A DNA stretch of 38,525 nt. Origin: Mesotaenium endlicherianum. Taxonomy: Eukaryota. The position numbers and the translations under genes are program-made. Positions 1 to 11,461 of this stretch are shown piece by piece; position 1 is the stretch's first letter, and each line of letters opens with the position of its first letter. The notes beneath the pieces are model-generated. The model made no database searches, was not told where the DNA came from, and worked only from the letters and a program-made list of their open reading frames with translations. Location of the stretch: assembly GCA_009602735.1 (NCBI GenBank), contig WELA01000805.1, forward strand, positions 424,264 through 462,788, given 5' to 3'.

Positions 1-2
1 CT

Positions 3-3000
3 CACTCTCCTCCCCCACCATCATCACCCCCTCCTCCTCCCAGCCCACCACCACCAACTCCTCCTTCACCCTCTGCACCTCCTCCCCCAGTTCCAGTGCC
101 AGCACCTGCACCATCCCCAAACAGCCCCCCTACTCCAACACAACCTCCACCAGGCACAGGCCCATCACCTCCACCCAAAAAGCCTTCCCCACCCCCACCT
201 TGCCCAAACCCCGGTTCAACTGGATGCACAATTGCAGGCTTCCCTGCTCCCTCACCGAGCCCTATTCCTTCCCCCCCAAGCCCTACACCTGCTCCAAGCC
301 CTGGCCCATCCACCATCACTCCTCTATCACCTGCACCAACCCCCAGCTTCCCTCCTGCTGCACCAACGCCAGCTCCTTCGATGCCGCCTTCACCATCTCC
401 TGTCCCCACTCCAGCTCCAACCCCTTCACCACCAGTTCCTAGCCCTCCTATTTCAGCACCTTCCCCTGCTCCAGGAAGCCTCCCACCTCCCCCCCAACAG
501 GTTCCTGCACCCTCGCCTTCCGTGCCCTCAACACCACCTCCAACGGACACTCCCACCCCAGCACCTGCACCCTCCCCAAGCCCCACTAATGCGCCACCCC
601 CTGCCTTCCCACCTGTTCCCTCTCCTGCACCAGTGGTGCCACCCACCCTACCCCCTCCATTGAGCCCAAGTCCATCTCCAGCCCCTTCACCCGTCCCACC
701 ACCTCCTACACTTTCACCCCCCACATACCCCCCTCCTACGGTTCCAACACCTGCTCCTTTTCCTGTCCCAGTTCCTTCTCCTAGTACTCCATCCCCAGCC
801 CCTGCTCCTACCCCCAGCCCTCCTACCCCTGCCCCATCGCCTGGACCTTCACCAGTACCTGTCCCGAGCCCAGTTCCTTCACCAGCACCTGCGCCTTCAC
901 CAACAACACCACCGCCCGGCGCTCCTTCGCCCCAACCATCTCCTCCAACTCTTCCTCCCCCTGCTCCTGCTCCCACTCCTTCACCTCCACCAACAGTCAG
1001 CCCCCCCCTGCCATCTCCTACTCCTGGCCCTTCCCCACCTTCGTATCCTCCAAGTGAACCGAGCCCCGCACCAGCTCCATCATCGCGACCTCCTGGAATC
1101 AGCCCCCCTTTACCCTCGCCAGGCCCTTTGCCTTCCTCCCCTCCCACGGCAATCCCCAGCCCAGCACCAGCTCCGTCGTCACCTCCCGCTGTCAGCCCCC
1201 CCCTTCCCTCACCAGGCCCTTCGCCTTCCTCCCCTCCTCCGGCTAACCCCAGCCCAGCACCAGCTCCGTCGTTGCCCCCTCCCGCTGACAGCCCCCCCCT
1301 TCCCTCACCAGGCCCTTCACCTTCCTCCCCGCCTCCAGCTATCCCCAGCCCAGCACCAGCTCCNNNNNNNNNNNNNNNNNNNNNNNNNNNNNNNNNNNNN
1401 NNNNNNNNNNNNNNNNNNNNNNNNNNNNNNNNNNNNNNNNNNNNNNNNNNNNNNNNNNNNNNNNNNNNNNNNNNNNNNNNNNNNNNNNNNNNNNNNNNNN
1501 NNNNNNNNNNNNNNNNNNNNNNNNNNNNNNNNNNNNNNNNNNNNNNNNNNNNNNNNNNNNNNNNNNNNNNNNNNNNNNNNNNNNNNNNNNNNNNNNNNNN
1601 NNNNNNNNNNNNNNNNNNNNNNNNNNNNNNNNNNNNNNNNNNNNNNNNNNNNNNNNNNNNNNNNNNNNNNNNNNNNNNNNNNNNNNNNNNNNNNNNNNNN
1701 NNNNNNNNNNNNNNNNNNNNNNNNNNNNNNNNNNNNNNNNNNNNNNNNNNNNNNNNNNNNNNNNNNNNNNNNNNNNNNNNNNNNNNNNNNNNNNNNNNNN
1801 NNNNNNNNNNNNNNNNNNNNNNNNNNNNNNNNNNNNNNNNNNNNNNNNNNNNNNNNNNNNNNNNNNNNNNNNNNNNNNNNNNNNNNNNNNNNNNNNNNNN
1901 NNNNGCCTTTAACAAGCCCTCCTCCCCCCACGATCCCAGGTCCTCCTGCTACGCCCCCCTCCCCCAGCTCGCCACCGCTAACACCTCCTCCTACACATCC
2001 TTCTCCTCCTCCTCCCTCACCTCCAACAATGGTTCCTCCCTCGCTACCTGTGCCAAGTCCGCATTCGCCCCCCCCCAGCCCTCCAACTCCAGCCCCGGCA
2101 CTTCCGCCATCCCCTCCTCCACCAACACCTGGTCCCCCCACGCAATGCACTTGCCCTCCTATTGCTGCTCCTTGCCCCCGCACTATCCATAATCACCACC
2201 ATCACCACCGCCACCCACATCACCCCAAGCACCCTCCCAGCAGCAGGCACTCTCCTCCACCTCCCAGGTACAGCCTCTCTTCTATCTTTTGTAACCCTCT
2301 ATGCCTGGTACTCATTAACAAACTACCAGGATAGATGTGAGTGGTCTACTGACATGTTTCACATGTGATAATGCAGTGAGAACATCACGAAGGTGGTGGG
2401 CGATCCCCACTTCTATGGAGCACACGGGGAACGATTTGACTTTGAAGGAAAGGGTGGGGAGTCTTACTGCCTGGTAGCAGATACAGCCGTCCACATCAAC
2501 ATGCACCTCTTCAAAGGCCCACGCCAACCCAACGCCACTGTAAGTAGCCGTCAAATCCCTGGCTTCCGGGTTGCTTCATGTCACCCTACAGCAGTCGTAT
2601 TCAGAGCTGTCTGGCACAGCATTAGCTCATAACTTCTTGGGGCAGAGCTAAGGTCCCACTCAGGTTTTTACACTCCATCATAAAAAAGTCTTCTTAAAAA
2701 TGTGCATGACTTCTGGTAATTCTGTCGCATCTTTACAGGGGTCTGCACTCCCAAGCCTATCCTTTGCCTCCAGCTATCTACACATGGACCTGAAGTGCAG
2801 GACTGCAAGTACAGAGCTGCGTGCATTATGACGAAGTAATGACACAGTAGCAATGCTAACTGCCTATGTTGGTTTTCCACGTGACTCAATGTGAGCAGTA
2901 CATCGACGAGATCGGGGTGCTTCACGCCGGCCACAAGATCACAATCTCAGCAGCCTCGGCAGAAGATGCACACTTCCACGATGTGCAAGGACAGGTCACT

Positions 3001-4151
3001 GTTGACGGGCAGGAGCTTCCTGAAGTCGTCATGACCATGACCCTGCATCACATCACCATCACCCGCACGCTGCATGCTGTCAGGGTGCAGATCCCCAACC
3101 AGCTCGATGCGACCATGGAGATTGCCCGGGCAGCCTACTGGGCAGACAATGGCCCAGGAGAGAACTTCGTAAGTACCTCTGAAGCTTCCCATTGAAAAAG
3201 ATTATACGCCCAAGGGTTTGCATTGTCACACAGTCGATTCTGTTGGGGTTTATCGATCAACATACACGACTATATTTTGGTGCTTACAGAAACACACCTC
3301 TGCACACTGGAAAACGTTTGCGACGTGGTTAAGACTGCATGTATTAGCAACAATGCTGACTGAAGCCTTTCCCACTCCATACTGTGCAGATCAACTTCAA
3401 GCTCAGCTACTTGAAGGCGTCGAAGAAGGTGCATGGAGTTCTGGGCCAGACCTACCAGGAGAAAGCAAGCCTACAAGCCCGCCTAGCTGCTTCAAGGAGA
3501 CAACGGGTGGCGCAACGCGAGGCTCTGCTTCTCATTGGCATTGAGGAGGACTACAAGACCTCATCCCTTCTTGCTGCTGACTGCACCTTTGCTCGTTACC
3601 ACGAGGTAACTCCTCTTTCCAAGGCATGACCGGCTTGACCTTCACATTTCTTCAAGCACACACCTGGCACCAGAGCTCAGAGTGGATGTCCAATTTAGTG
3701 GTCGAGTTTGGATTTCATTGAGAATATACGCCAGTCGAAGTTGGCCTTGAACAACCTTGCATGATTTGACGAGTAGAGTACATCTATCAGCTCCATGCAA
3801 GCCACCCACAAAGCTGACTGTCTCATGCATACAGCAACTTGCCAGTTAACATGAAAGAGAAAACACAATGTCCGGAGAGCAGGGAAAAAGTTGGCCAGCA
3901 GGGGCTAACAAGATTACATATTGCTGACAACAATCATGTGCTATACTTCTGCCTACATTCTTCAGGGTACTGACCAGGCTGCCAATGCCGACCACAACCA
4001 AGGCCACCTGGAGCTCAATCATGGAACAACAAGGAGACGCTTGATGGAGGCTGTGCAGGGCTTCTTTACGCCATCCATGGTTAAGCTCAGACACTCCGAG
4101 CTTCTCTCCTCAAGATGCTCCGGCTATGGGAACCAAGGCATCTGCAAGTAA
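3..4151 (+). CDS. Extensin-like/Pro-rich cell-wall glycoprotein with C-terminal root-cap (PF06830-like)/LEA-related domain; 5'-partial
   Basis: Exons <3-2267 (interrupted by N gap 1364-1904, frame offset across the gap), 2377-2539, 2899-3168, 3390-3605, 3966-4151. All introns are GT-AG with compatible phases and CTGAC-type branch points (2349, 3924). [11 protein letters not shown] repeats are followed by [66 protein letters not shown] and terminal [11 protein letters not shown], motifs typical of plant root-cap family proteins. Confidence 0.85.
1062..1363 (+). repeat. Coding tandem repeat, 93-96 bp units (31-32 aa, [25 protein letters not shown]), at least 3 copies, running into the assembly gap
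   Basis: Units start at about 1062, 1158, 1251 and 1347. Confidence 0.9.
1364..1904. other. Assembly gap (541 N), probably collapsed Pro-rich repeat
   Basis: Run of N flanked by repetitive coding sequence. Other gaps: 22204-22233 and single Ns at 21654, 23197 and 28857. Confidence 0.97.
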
Positions 4152-5045
4152 AAGACTCGTCAAAATGCAGAATTGATCACTTGGATCAACCTTCGGCAAT
4201 CTGCAAGCACCCCGCTCCTGAAGGCTTCAAGGAGTTTGTCATAAATTGAAGAATACATGATATAGAATACATTTGATTGCAGGCAACAACGACAACAGGC
4301 TTCCTTGAAAGGGAAGCACTTCGGTTTCGAGTCGCAACCAAATAAGCCCTGCATCTTCAGTCGAAGGGAGCCTTAACCTTGAGCCAGATAATACTTGTCT
4401 CATGAGTTAAGGCTTTCCTGGAAAGGCGTTAGTCAGGCTAGCAGCTCCTTATCCAATATCGAAAGAGAGGGACTGCTACTCTAGTGCACAAATAAATGAG
4501 AAAAATTAGGGCACCTTCATTGACGTTACTTATATCAAAGCTCTCATTTGCAGCAAAAATAAAGGGGGTACTTTCATTTATACAACACACCTCGAAGCTT
4601 GCACTTCATACTTGTATTGGAGTGTTAATACATTCGTTGATGGCCACGCTTTTTGGTCTGTTCAGCCATGATAAGAACCTTCTGCAAGTCCTTGACTGCA
4701 TTCGAATTCATTCACTTCTTGCTGCCGTGAGTATATCATAGGAGAAAGATAGGCTGCGGCAGCGGCAGCGGCTATAGTATTGCATTAGAGAAGCTATGAG
4801 CTGTCAAGTTTCGTCGTTAAGCGGAGACCACCTTCCAGAATGGACTTCGGGATTTATCATAGAACTACTCTTCACCTTCAAGAACATTCCGCCTTCAACA
4901 ACCTAAAATTCATAACATTGTGAAACCCTGTTGGTGATGATGAACCTCTTGCATGCTGGTTTGTAATCAGCTCGACCTCTAGCATGGGCTGTAGCAAGTC
5001 AACTTCGAGCAATTTTGAACAGTAAGGCGCCCCTTGTGTCACTGT

Positions 5046-5943
5046 TGTAAAGGAAAACCAATAAGGGCCCTCGCTCGTGTGAGCGCTGGCCCGTACGTCC
5101 GTTCGAAGTTGTATATGTATGCGTGCGACTTCAAGCGACGCGAATCCTGAATCTCTCTATTTTCATTATCCTGACCCTCCATGTTTCGAGAGTTGCTAGT
5201 TGAAGACCACGTTCTTACCATACAAAAAAACTGTGATAAGAGCTCCGATACCACGGAAATGAATTGACTAACCAATAGGCGATTGAAAATTTATTAGAAA
5301 AACAAAATACTAACAAGTAATCTTTATGGTATTTTTTATTATTTAATAAACAGCAAAAGACTCCACAACTAGTATCACAATACTCACGGTCAAATGCAAG
5401 TAAATGAGCATCAAGCATGCAATCAGTAAAGTCATAAACAAGGTTAGAAGACAGTTTATGGCTTCTCGCCTTGGATTCAGATATCTCTCAGTAAGCGGTA
5501 TAAGAGAGAGTTTGCCTCATTTCCAAATTCCAAACTCAAGAGCATGACCTAATCTATGTACATGAGTATACTGTTCAACGGCAAGTGCAATGGCACCTCC
5601 TACCAGGGAGTTAACCACGTCGGTAGGACCTCGGCTAACCAAATCCACAGCCATCTCCCATCATACCAAATCGCCATCCACCCAAGGGTGTCCTTTGGCC
5701 ATTCATCTAGCATATCACACTTAGATGCATATCTAGGCAGCTTACTGCTATCGAGTACGACAGTCAGTTGCCTGTCAAAGAATGTGTCAACAAGCTGACC
5801 TAAGTTGACTTACGGCTGAGTCATTACACTTAATATAACTAAAATTCCAGCAGAGTTAATATGACTAAAGTTCAACAGACTGAACTTAATTAACTATTTT
5901 ATTTAAATGAATTTCATATATAACAATATACTGATTCATTACA
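5046..5943 (-). mobile_element. Truncated old LTR retrotransposon: 5' LTR (LTR-A, ~5255-5943), PBS and short internal stub
   Basis: Right end ATTCATTACA (5934-5943); left end GGAAATGAAT is a decayed TGTAATGAAT. Adjacent PBS reads TGGTATCGGAGCT on the minus strand (5241-5253). 5458-5943 aligns with 37409-37913. The left boundary of the internal stub is uncertain and no TSD was found. Confidence 0.7.
5241..5253 (-). other. Primer-binding site complementary to initiator tRNA-Met
   Basis: Reads TGGTATCGGAGCT on the minus strand, 1 nt from the LTR edge; identical to the chromovirus PBS core at 12687-12699. Confidence 0.75.
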
Positions 5944-5992
5944 GTTTGGCACGATTCTAAGCGAAGAGCTCAAGCCAGGCCAACATGGATGC

Positions 5993-6516
5993 TGTAATGA
6001 AGTAGCTGAGTTCATTATTAATTTGATTAATTGCATGTATGAATACAACACTAAATAAGTATTATGTCAATATACTCACATTTGCGGGTTCATCTAAATG
6101 AATGTATGTCGATATAAAGCGAGTTTACTTACTTCGTCAAAAAAGTCAGCAGGATGACTTTTGTATCATACTGTAGTTTGCTGACTTTGTTGAAAAGGTC
6201 AGCAAAATGACTTTTGTATCATAGTATACTTTGCTGAGATTTATATATCCCTTATATGTAGGATATAATATCAATAGGTTGACACATAGTAAGCTCGCTT
6301 GATATTAGTCAGTATACTTGACTTCCGTACGCTGAGGATAGATACATGCATTTATATTATTATTTGTAGATTGGCACATGTGACCGTAGTATACTAAAAG
6401 CCGGGAGATCGACTAAGATTCGGTAAACCAATGTCCTACCAGTGTGGTTAACTCCTGGGTAAGCGAAGCCGTCGTCAGTCAACTGAATATAGGACTTCAG
6501 TCAACCAACCAATTAA
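5993..6516 (+). mobile_element. LTR fragment (LTR-B) of a family distantly related to LTR-A, opposite orientation
   Basis: Starts TGTAATGAA like LTR-A/C; AT-rich; internal 53-bp duplication (GTCAGCA at 6145 and 6198); 6403-6470 matches the reverse complement of 5592-5659 and 37546-37613. Right boundary is uncertain. Confidence 0.6.
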
Positions 6517-6523
6517 TGTAGTC

Positions 6524-7026
6524 TGTAGTGAAACAGATAGATAAAGTACTTAGTAAAACAGAATACTTTATCTATTCAAGACAAGGATCTTTGAACACAA
6601 GTGGTAGCTTCTTGAAAGAGAGATGGCTTCTTGAAAGTTAATATATTTCTGGATTTTGGCAAGTACAAGAGTGATTCTGGAATGTCTTTCTATGTTCTAG
6701 CTCTTGTTTATATACTTGCTACATAAGTAATTTCTAGGAAGGTGTATGTTGATGTGTTGGCACCCAACACATCCCAAAACTTGCCACCTCTTTCTAGAAT
6801 AATGTACACATGTCCTTTTGACCTAAAAATGGCACATTTGACTTTTGCCACATGGAGTTCTTCTAGGTCTTTCCTCTAACTTCGAAAATGCCTTGGAAGG
6901 TTCAAAGGACATGAACCAAGTTACTAGAGTACCTATTCACACTTGACTCCACACAATACTACTCCAAATATATTTGAAAACATTAAAATATATGCAAACT
7001 AATATATAATAACTCAAATCACTACA
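6524..7026 (-). repeat. 3' LTR of the chromovirus
   Basis: TGTAGTGA...TCACTACA ends; direct repeat of 12701-13203; TATATAAA on the minus strand at 6707-6714; perfect 10-bp hairpin GATGTGTTGG-cac-CCAACACATC at 6751-6773. Confidence 0.97.
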
Positions 7027-7036
7027 TCACCCCCCC
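7027..7036 (-). other. Polypurine tract
   Basis: Minus strand reads GGGGGGGTGA immediately before the TGT of the 3' LTR. Confidence 0.85.
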
Positions 7037-7062
7037 GATAGAAAAAGCGACGTCTCGGCGCG

Positions 7063-7191
7063 TCAAGTCAGGTCTTACACATGTGGAGCAAACTAGTCAA
7101 CAGTTTCAAGTCAGATGCCACACATGTGAAGAGGACTAGTCAAAGGCGCCAAGTCAGGTGCTACACATGTAAGGTAGACTAGGCAAGGTCG
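7063..7191. repeat. Three diverged 43-bp tandem repeats in the retrotransposon 3' UTR
   Basis: Units at 7063, 7106 and 7149 share CAAGTCAG..ACACATGT..ACTAG.CAA. Confidence 0.85.
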
Positions 7192-7795
7192 TAGGTGGTG
7201 TGACCTTATTGGCTAGCCTACTCCTTAATGATAAAGAAAATTGTACAAGTTGGCCCAGAATCTGCCACGAACTCAAAAATTCATAGCGGCCACAGAACTG
7301 CTCCAAATCTGAAAATTCGAGTGCCAGACGGACCGCGTCGGAGAACTCTACCGGGTCACCAAATTTGAGAGCATTCTCATTTCTGGAGTGTCGTTGAGAG
7401 CTGAGAGAGTAGGCACTCCTCCAAATCTGTGCAGAAACTTCTGAAAATCATAAGTCCTTCTATACTTCTCCAAATTCTGCAAACTAAGTCTCAAACTGGG
7501 CGCTGTAAGATGTTCTACCAGAGTCTTGAGTTTCAGAGCATTCCAAGTTCAGGGGAGGGCACAATGTCAGAAGGCATATTCTGCCCTAACAATGCCAGCA
7601 GCCTGACCCCCTTCTACTTAGAGCATCATATCTCTCTCACCAGTGCTCCAAATTGAGCAAACTTGGACTCTAAATGACCGGCTACTCATGGACTACAGCC
7701 AGGTAAATTTTCAGAATTTATTATGCAGAGACCTATTACCAGTAGCAGTTTTAGTTTTCTGTCCAGAAACTGCGAGAAGAGAAGAGTGTCTAATG

Positions 7796-10700
7796 TCAAT
7801 TTTTCCTCTTTCTTGTTCTTGCAGGCTGCCTCCAAGGGGTCTTCTGCTGCTTCTTGATGGTGGCAGGCTGCCTCCCTGAAGTCTTCGGGCTTCTAGTAGA
7901 GAGACTTGGGGCTGGTCCAAGATGGGGGTTGGCGGCATGGAAGCGCTTCAACTTTCTCTGAACTTTGTCAAGGTAGTGCGCCGCCACCCAACTATTCTCC
8001 GAATCTGGATATCCTTTCCACTTGATCAAGTATTGCTGCTGTCTCCTGAAATTTCTCATAGCCACTATGTCTTCCACTTCGTACTCCAAATGATCATCCA
8101 CTATTGTTGGGGCTGGTGGGGTTGTCACACGTCCTGGGAACTTGTTGTCGGGTTGCACATATGGCTTGAAGAGGGAAGCGTGGAATACGGGGTCGATGTG
8201 CATAGTCTGGGGAAGTTCTAGCTTGAAAGCAACGGGGTTGACTTGCTGGATAATCTTGAAGGGTCCCAAATACTTGGGAGAGAACTTGCTGCCGGCAGGC
8301 CTGTTGTTCAGGGAAATGTTCTTGGATGATAGTAACACGTTGTCACCCACTCTGTACGTAATTTCTCTTCTGGATCTGTTCGCCACTCTTGCTTGAGCAT
8401 CTTGCGCGTGTTGTAGAGCTTTCTTCGCTGCTGTAAGGGCTGCTTCTAATGTCTCCATAAAATCTGTGGCTGCAGGTACTTCATCATGGCCAGCCGTGAA
8501 GCTCAGTGGCGTGGTCGGATGGAAGCCATAGTTGAGGAAGAATGGGGACTCTTGGGTAGAGGCCTGCGTAGTGTTGTTGTAGGCAAACTCGAGGGGGGTC
8601 AAGTACATGTCCCAGTCTTGCTCGAGGGTAGACACGTAGGCCTTTAGAGAGGTCTTTAGGGTACGATTCATACGCTCGGTTTGCCCATCTGATTGTGGGT
8701 GGTAGGCAGTAGACATATCCAGCGATGTACCCAAGTTCTTGAAGAGATTTTTCCAGAAATGGCTTGTGAATCTTGGATCTCTATCTGACACAATTCTTGA
8801 TGGTAGTCCATGGAGTCGGAAGATGTTGTCAAAGATGAGTCTTGCAAGTTGTGGTGCTGTAGCCTTAGTCGTCGTGGGAATAAAATGAGCCATCTTGGTA
8901 AGTCTGTCCACCGCCGTGAGTATTGCATTATGGCCTCGAGGTGTCACGGGCAAGTCCACGATAAGGTCCATTGAGATGTCCGTCCATTGTCTTTCGGGGA
9001 TTGGTAGTGGTTGGAGGAGTCCTCCCGCCTTTTGCGATGATGGCTTGATTCTTTGGCATGTGTCACAGCTCCTGCAGTACTCCTTGACTTGCTTAGACAT
9101 GCCTGGCCAACAATAAGTCCTAGCTAGAACGCCCGTGGTCCTTAGGATTCCAAAGTGTCCTCCAAGAGGGTTGTCGTGTGCTTCTCGTAGAAGCAAGAGC
9201 CGGAGGTCTAAGTCATTAGGAACACATCTCTGGCCCGTATCTTGCCTCACCCAATAATTGCCTTCTTGCTTCTTGCATGGGTCCAAGGCTGCTTCTCCGT
9301 TCTTGTAGTAAGGGTCTCTTTCATAGGCGGCTGAAAATCGAGCTTCCAGATCTGTCTTCAGGGATACCATCACTGCATTTAATTGCAGTCTTGAGAGGGG
9401 GTCAGCCGGGTTTGTCTTGCCGGGCTGGTACTGAATCGTGATGTTGTATTGTTGCAAGTATCCGCTCCATCTTGCTTGTCTCCTTGAGAGATACGGCTGC
9501 GTTTGGAGGTGCTTTAACGCCTCGTGGTCCGTGGTGACCAGTACTTTGCGTCCTTCAACGTAGCAGCGCCAAACCTTCAAGGCATGTACAATCGCCAATG
9601 CCTCTCGCTCCGTGGTTGTATAATTTTGCTCGGCTGGATTTAGCTTCCTTGACTCGTAGGCGATGGGCTGCAGTCCCTTGCCTTGGTCTTGAAGCAGGAT
9701 TGCTCCTATTGCATAGGAAGATGCATCGGTGATGACGTGGAAGGGCCAATCTGGGTTTGGACTTGGGAGTGTGAGCACCGGGGATGTGGTCAATCTTCGC
9801 TTTAACTCTTGAAATGCCTCTTCCTCTTTCTCGGTCCATGTATATAGCCTGTCCTTCTTGAGTAGATCTGTCAGGGGGGCTGCTATGTGCGAGAAGCCTT
9901 GGATGAATTTTCTGTACCAATTGGCAAATCCCAAGAATGACTGGAGTTCTTTCTTGGTCGTGGGGGTTGGCCATTCCTCCACCACCGTGGTCTTCTTGGG
10001 GTCTATCTTGATGCCATCAGCAGTCACGTGGAGACCTAGGAACTCCACTTCTTGTTTGGCAAACTCGCATTTTGACTCCTTCGCAAACAGCTTGTTTTGC
10101 TTCAATACTTCAAGGACTTCTTTCAAGTGTCTCGCATGCTCTTCAAGGGTCTTGCTGTAGATAAGGATGTCATCGATGAATACCACCACAAATCTGTCCA
10201 ACATGGGCTGAAATATGGTGTTCATCATAGTCATGAAAGTTGCTGGCGCGTTGGTGAGTCCAAATGGCAGGACCATGAACTCAAAATGTCCATATCTTGT
10301 CCTGAATGCCGTCTTCTCTATGTCCGGTTCTGCGATGCGAATCTGGTGGTAGCCGCTCCGTAAGTCAATCTTCGTGAAGTACTTGGCTCCAACCAGCCGG
10401 TCCATGAGCTCATCCATGCGCGGCAGCGGGTATCGATTCTTGATGGTGATCTTGTTGAGGGCGCGATAGTCCACACACATCCTCAAGGTACCATCTTTCT
10501 TCTTGACAAATAGCACCGGGGCTCCAAATGGCGACTTGCTAGGTCGAATGAAGCCATGCTCCAGTAGCTCCTTGATTTGCTTCTTGACTTCGTCTAGCTC
10601 CGTGTATGACATTTTGAACGTAGGCCGAGAGATGGGCTTGCTTCCGGGCTCCAACTCTATCTTGTGGTCTACGAATCTTTTGGGGGGTAGGCCCTTGGGC

Positions 10701-11461
10701 AATTCCGGGGAGAACACTTCTTTGTAGTCCTCTAAGACTTCTTGTATCTCCTTGGGAACGGGGCTGCCTTCTTGACTCTCGATGTCTTTCTTGATGTCTT
10801 TTGGCGTGATCAAGGCCAAAAGAAGCTCGTGTCCCTTCCTCACAAGTCTCTTGAGTTGGAGGGCGGACAATAGTATCTCGTGTGCCGGCTTCTGGATGTC
10901 TTGGGTCTGGATATTCTGGATTGCGCGCAAAATACAGATTCTTGAAGTGATGTCATTCTTGATCTTGATAGTACCGGTCCTCCAATCAACTTGGGGGTTG
11001 TGCTTGGTCAACCAAGGCGTCCCTAGGATGACGTCGTACTTGCCCAATTGCATGGGGGAGAACACTACTCTATCCTTGAAGGACTTGATAGAGAGTGCCA
11101 AGGGGTACGTCTTCTTGGAAGGGGTAGTATAGGAGAATCCATCGGGCATCATAATCTCCTCGTCGTGGTCAAGAGTTCGCATAGTAATACCGTGCTTGGT
11201 GGCAAAATCTGCAGCAATGAAGTTGCCTTGAGCTCCGCTATCCACCAAGATGTGGACCTTCTCTCCTCCAAGGTAACCTCTCAAACTCATTGGGGCTGGA
11301 ACGTCGTCTTCAACGGGGGTCTCCACCTCACTTGGCGTGTTGCCTTCTCGTGAAGTGGGTCTTGGGGTGGTAGGCTCCTGGCCTACCGGCGCTGTCCGTT
11401 TTTTGACAACTTTTTGGGGCATGAAAGTGCACGATGGCCCTTTTCCTTGCAATAAAAGCAT
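7796..11461 (-). CDS. pol: Ty3/gypsy Pol polyprotein (protease, RT, RNase H, integrase, chromodomain); entered from gag by frameshift near 11398
   Basis: ILVDSGA (protease); [12 protein letters not shown] and FIDDILIYS (RT); [10 protein letters not shown] (RNase H); H..GGH..CDTC, SMDLI, SDRDPRF, GQTERMN, GPF (integrase); [23 protein letters not shown] (chromodomain). Confidence 0.96.
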   Translation of the reverse strand: MLLLQGKGPSCTFMPQKVVKKRTAPVGQEPTTPRPTSREGNTPSEVETPVEDDVPAPMSLRGYLGGEKVHILVDSGAQGNFIAADFATKHGITMRTLDHDEEIMMPDGFSYTTPSKKTYPLALSIKSFKDRVVFSPMQLGKYDVILGTPWLTKHNPQVDWRTGTIKIKNDITSRICILRAIQNIQTQDIQKPAHEILLSALQLKRLVRKGHELLLALITPKDIKKDIESQEGSPVPKEIQEVLEDYKEVFSPELPKGLPPKRFVDHKIELEPGSKPISRPTFKMSYTELDEVKKQIKELLEHGFIRPSKSPFGAPVLFVKKKDGTLRMCVDYRALNKITIKNRYPLPRMDELMDRLVGAKYFTKIDLRSGYHQIRIAEPDIEKTAFRTRYGHFEFMVLPFGLTNAPATFMTMMNTIFQPMLDRFVVVFIDDILIYSKTLEEHARHLKEVLEVLKQNKLFAKESKCEFAKQEVEFLGLHVTADGIKIDPKKTTVVEEWPTPTTKKELQSFLGFANWYRKFIQGFSHIAAPLTDLLKKDRLYTWTEKEEEAFQELKRRLTTSPVLTLPSPNPDWPFHVITDASSYAIGAILLQDQGKGLQPIAYESRKLNPAEQNYTTTEREALAIVHALKVWRCYVEGRKVLVTTDHEALKHLQTQPYLSRRQARWSGYLQQYNITIQYQPGKTNPADPLSRLQLNAVMVSLKTDLEARFSAAYERDPYYKNGEAALDPCKKQEGNYWVRQDTGQRCVPNDLDLRLLLLREAHDNPLGGHFGILRTTGVLARTYCWPGMSKQVKEYCRSCDTCQRIKPSSQKAGGLLQPLPIPERQWTDISMDLIVDLPVTPRGHNAILTAVDRLTKMAHFIPTTTKATAPQLARLIFDNIFRLHGLPSRIVSDRDPRFTSHFWKNLFKNLGTSLDMSTAYHPQSDGQTERMNRTLKTSLKAYVSTLEQDWDMYLTPLEFAYNNTTQASTQESPFFLNYGFHPTTPLSFTAGHDEVPAATDFMETLEAALTAAKKALQHAQDAQARVANRSRREITYRVGDNVLLSSKNISLNNRPAGSKFSPKYLGPFKIIQQVNPVAFKLELPQTMHIDPVFHASLFKPYVQPDNKFPGRVTTPPAPTIVDDHLEYEVEDIVAMRNFRRQQQYLIKWKGYPDSENSWVAAHYLDKVQRKLKRFHAANPHLGPAPSLSTRSPKTSGRQPATIKKQQKTPWRQPARTRKRKN
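11369..11404 (-). promoter_or_regulatory. Programmed -1 ribosomal frameshift signal
   Basis: Slippery heptamer A AAA AAC (11404-11398) in the gag frame; a -1 slip lands in the pol frame. 10 nt downstream is a 7-bp stem GGTAGGC-cagga-GCCTACC (11387-11369). Confidence 0.8.

Noticed and set aside
2..2183. Long Gly-rich minus-strand ORFs
   Set aside because: Antisense shadows of the Pro-rich exon; splice signals and domain continuity support the plus strand.
5592..5659. Known ribozyme (hammerhead, HDV-like, twister, pistol) in the LTR core
   Set aside because: No CUGAUGA/GAAA pair, no HDV P3/L3 or P1.1 GG, no twister core. Kept only as an unclassified structured candidate.
7063..7191. CRISPR-like array
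   Set aside because: Contiguous diverged tandem units without unique spacers, inside a eukaryotic retrotransposon, with no cas genes.
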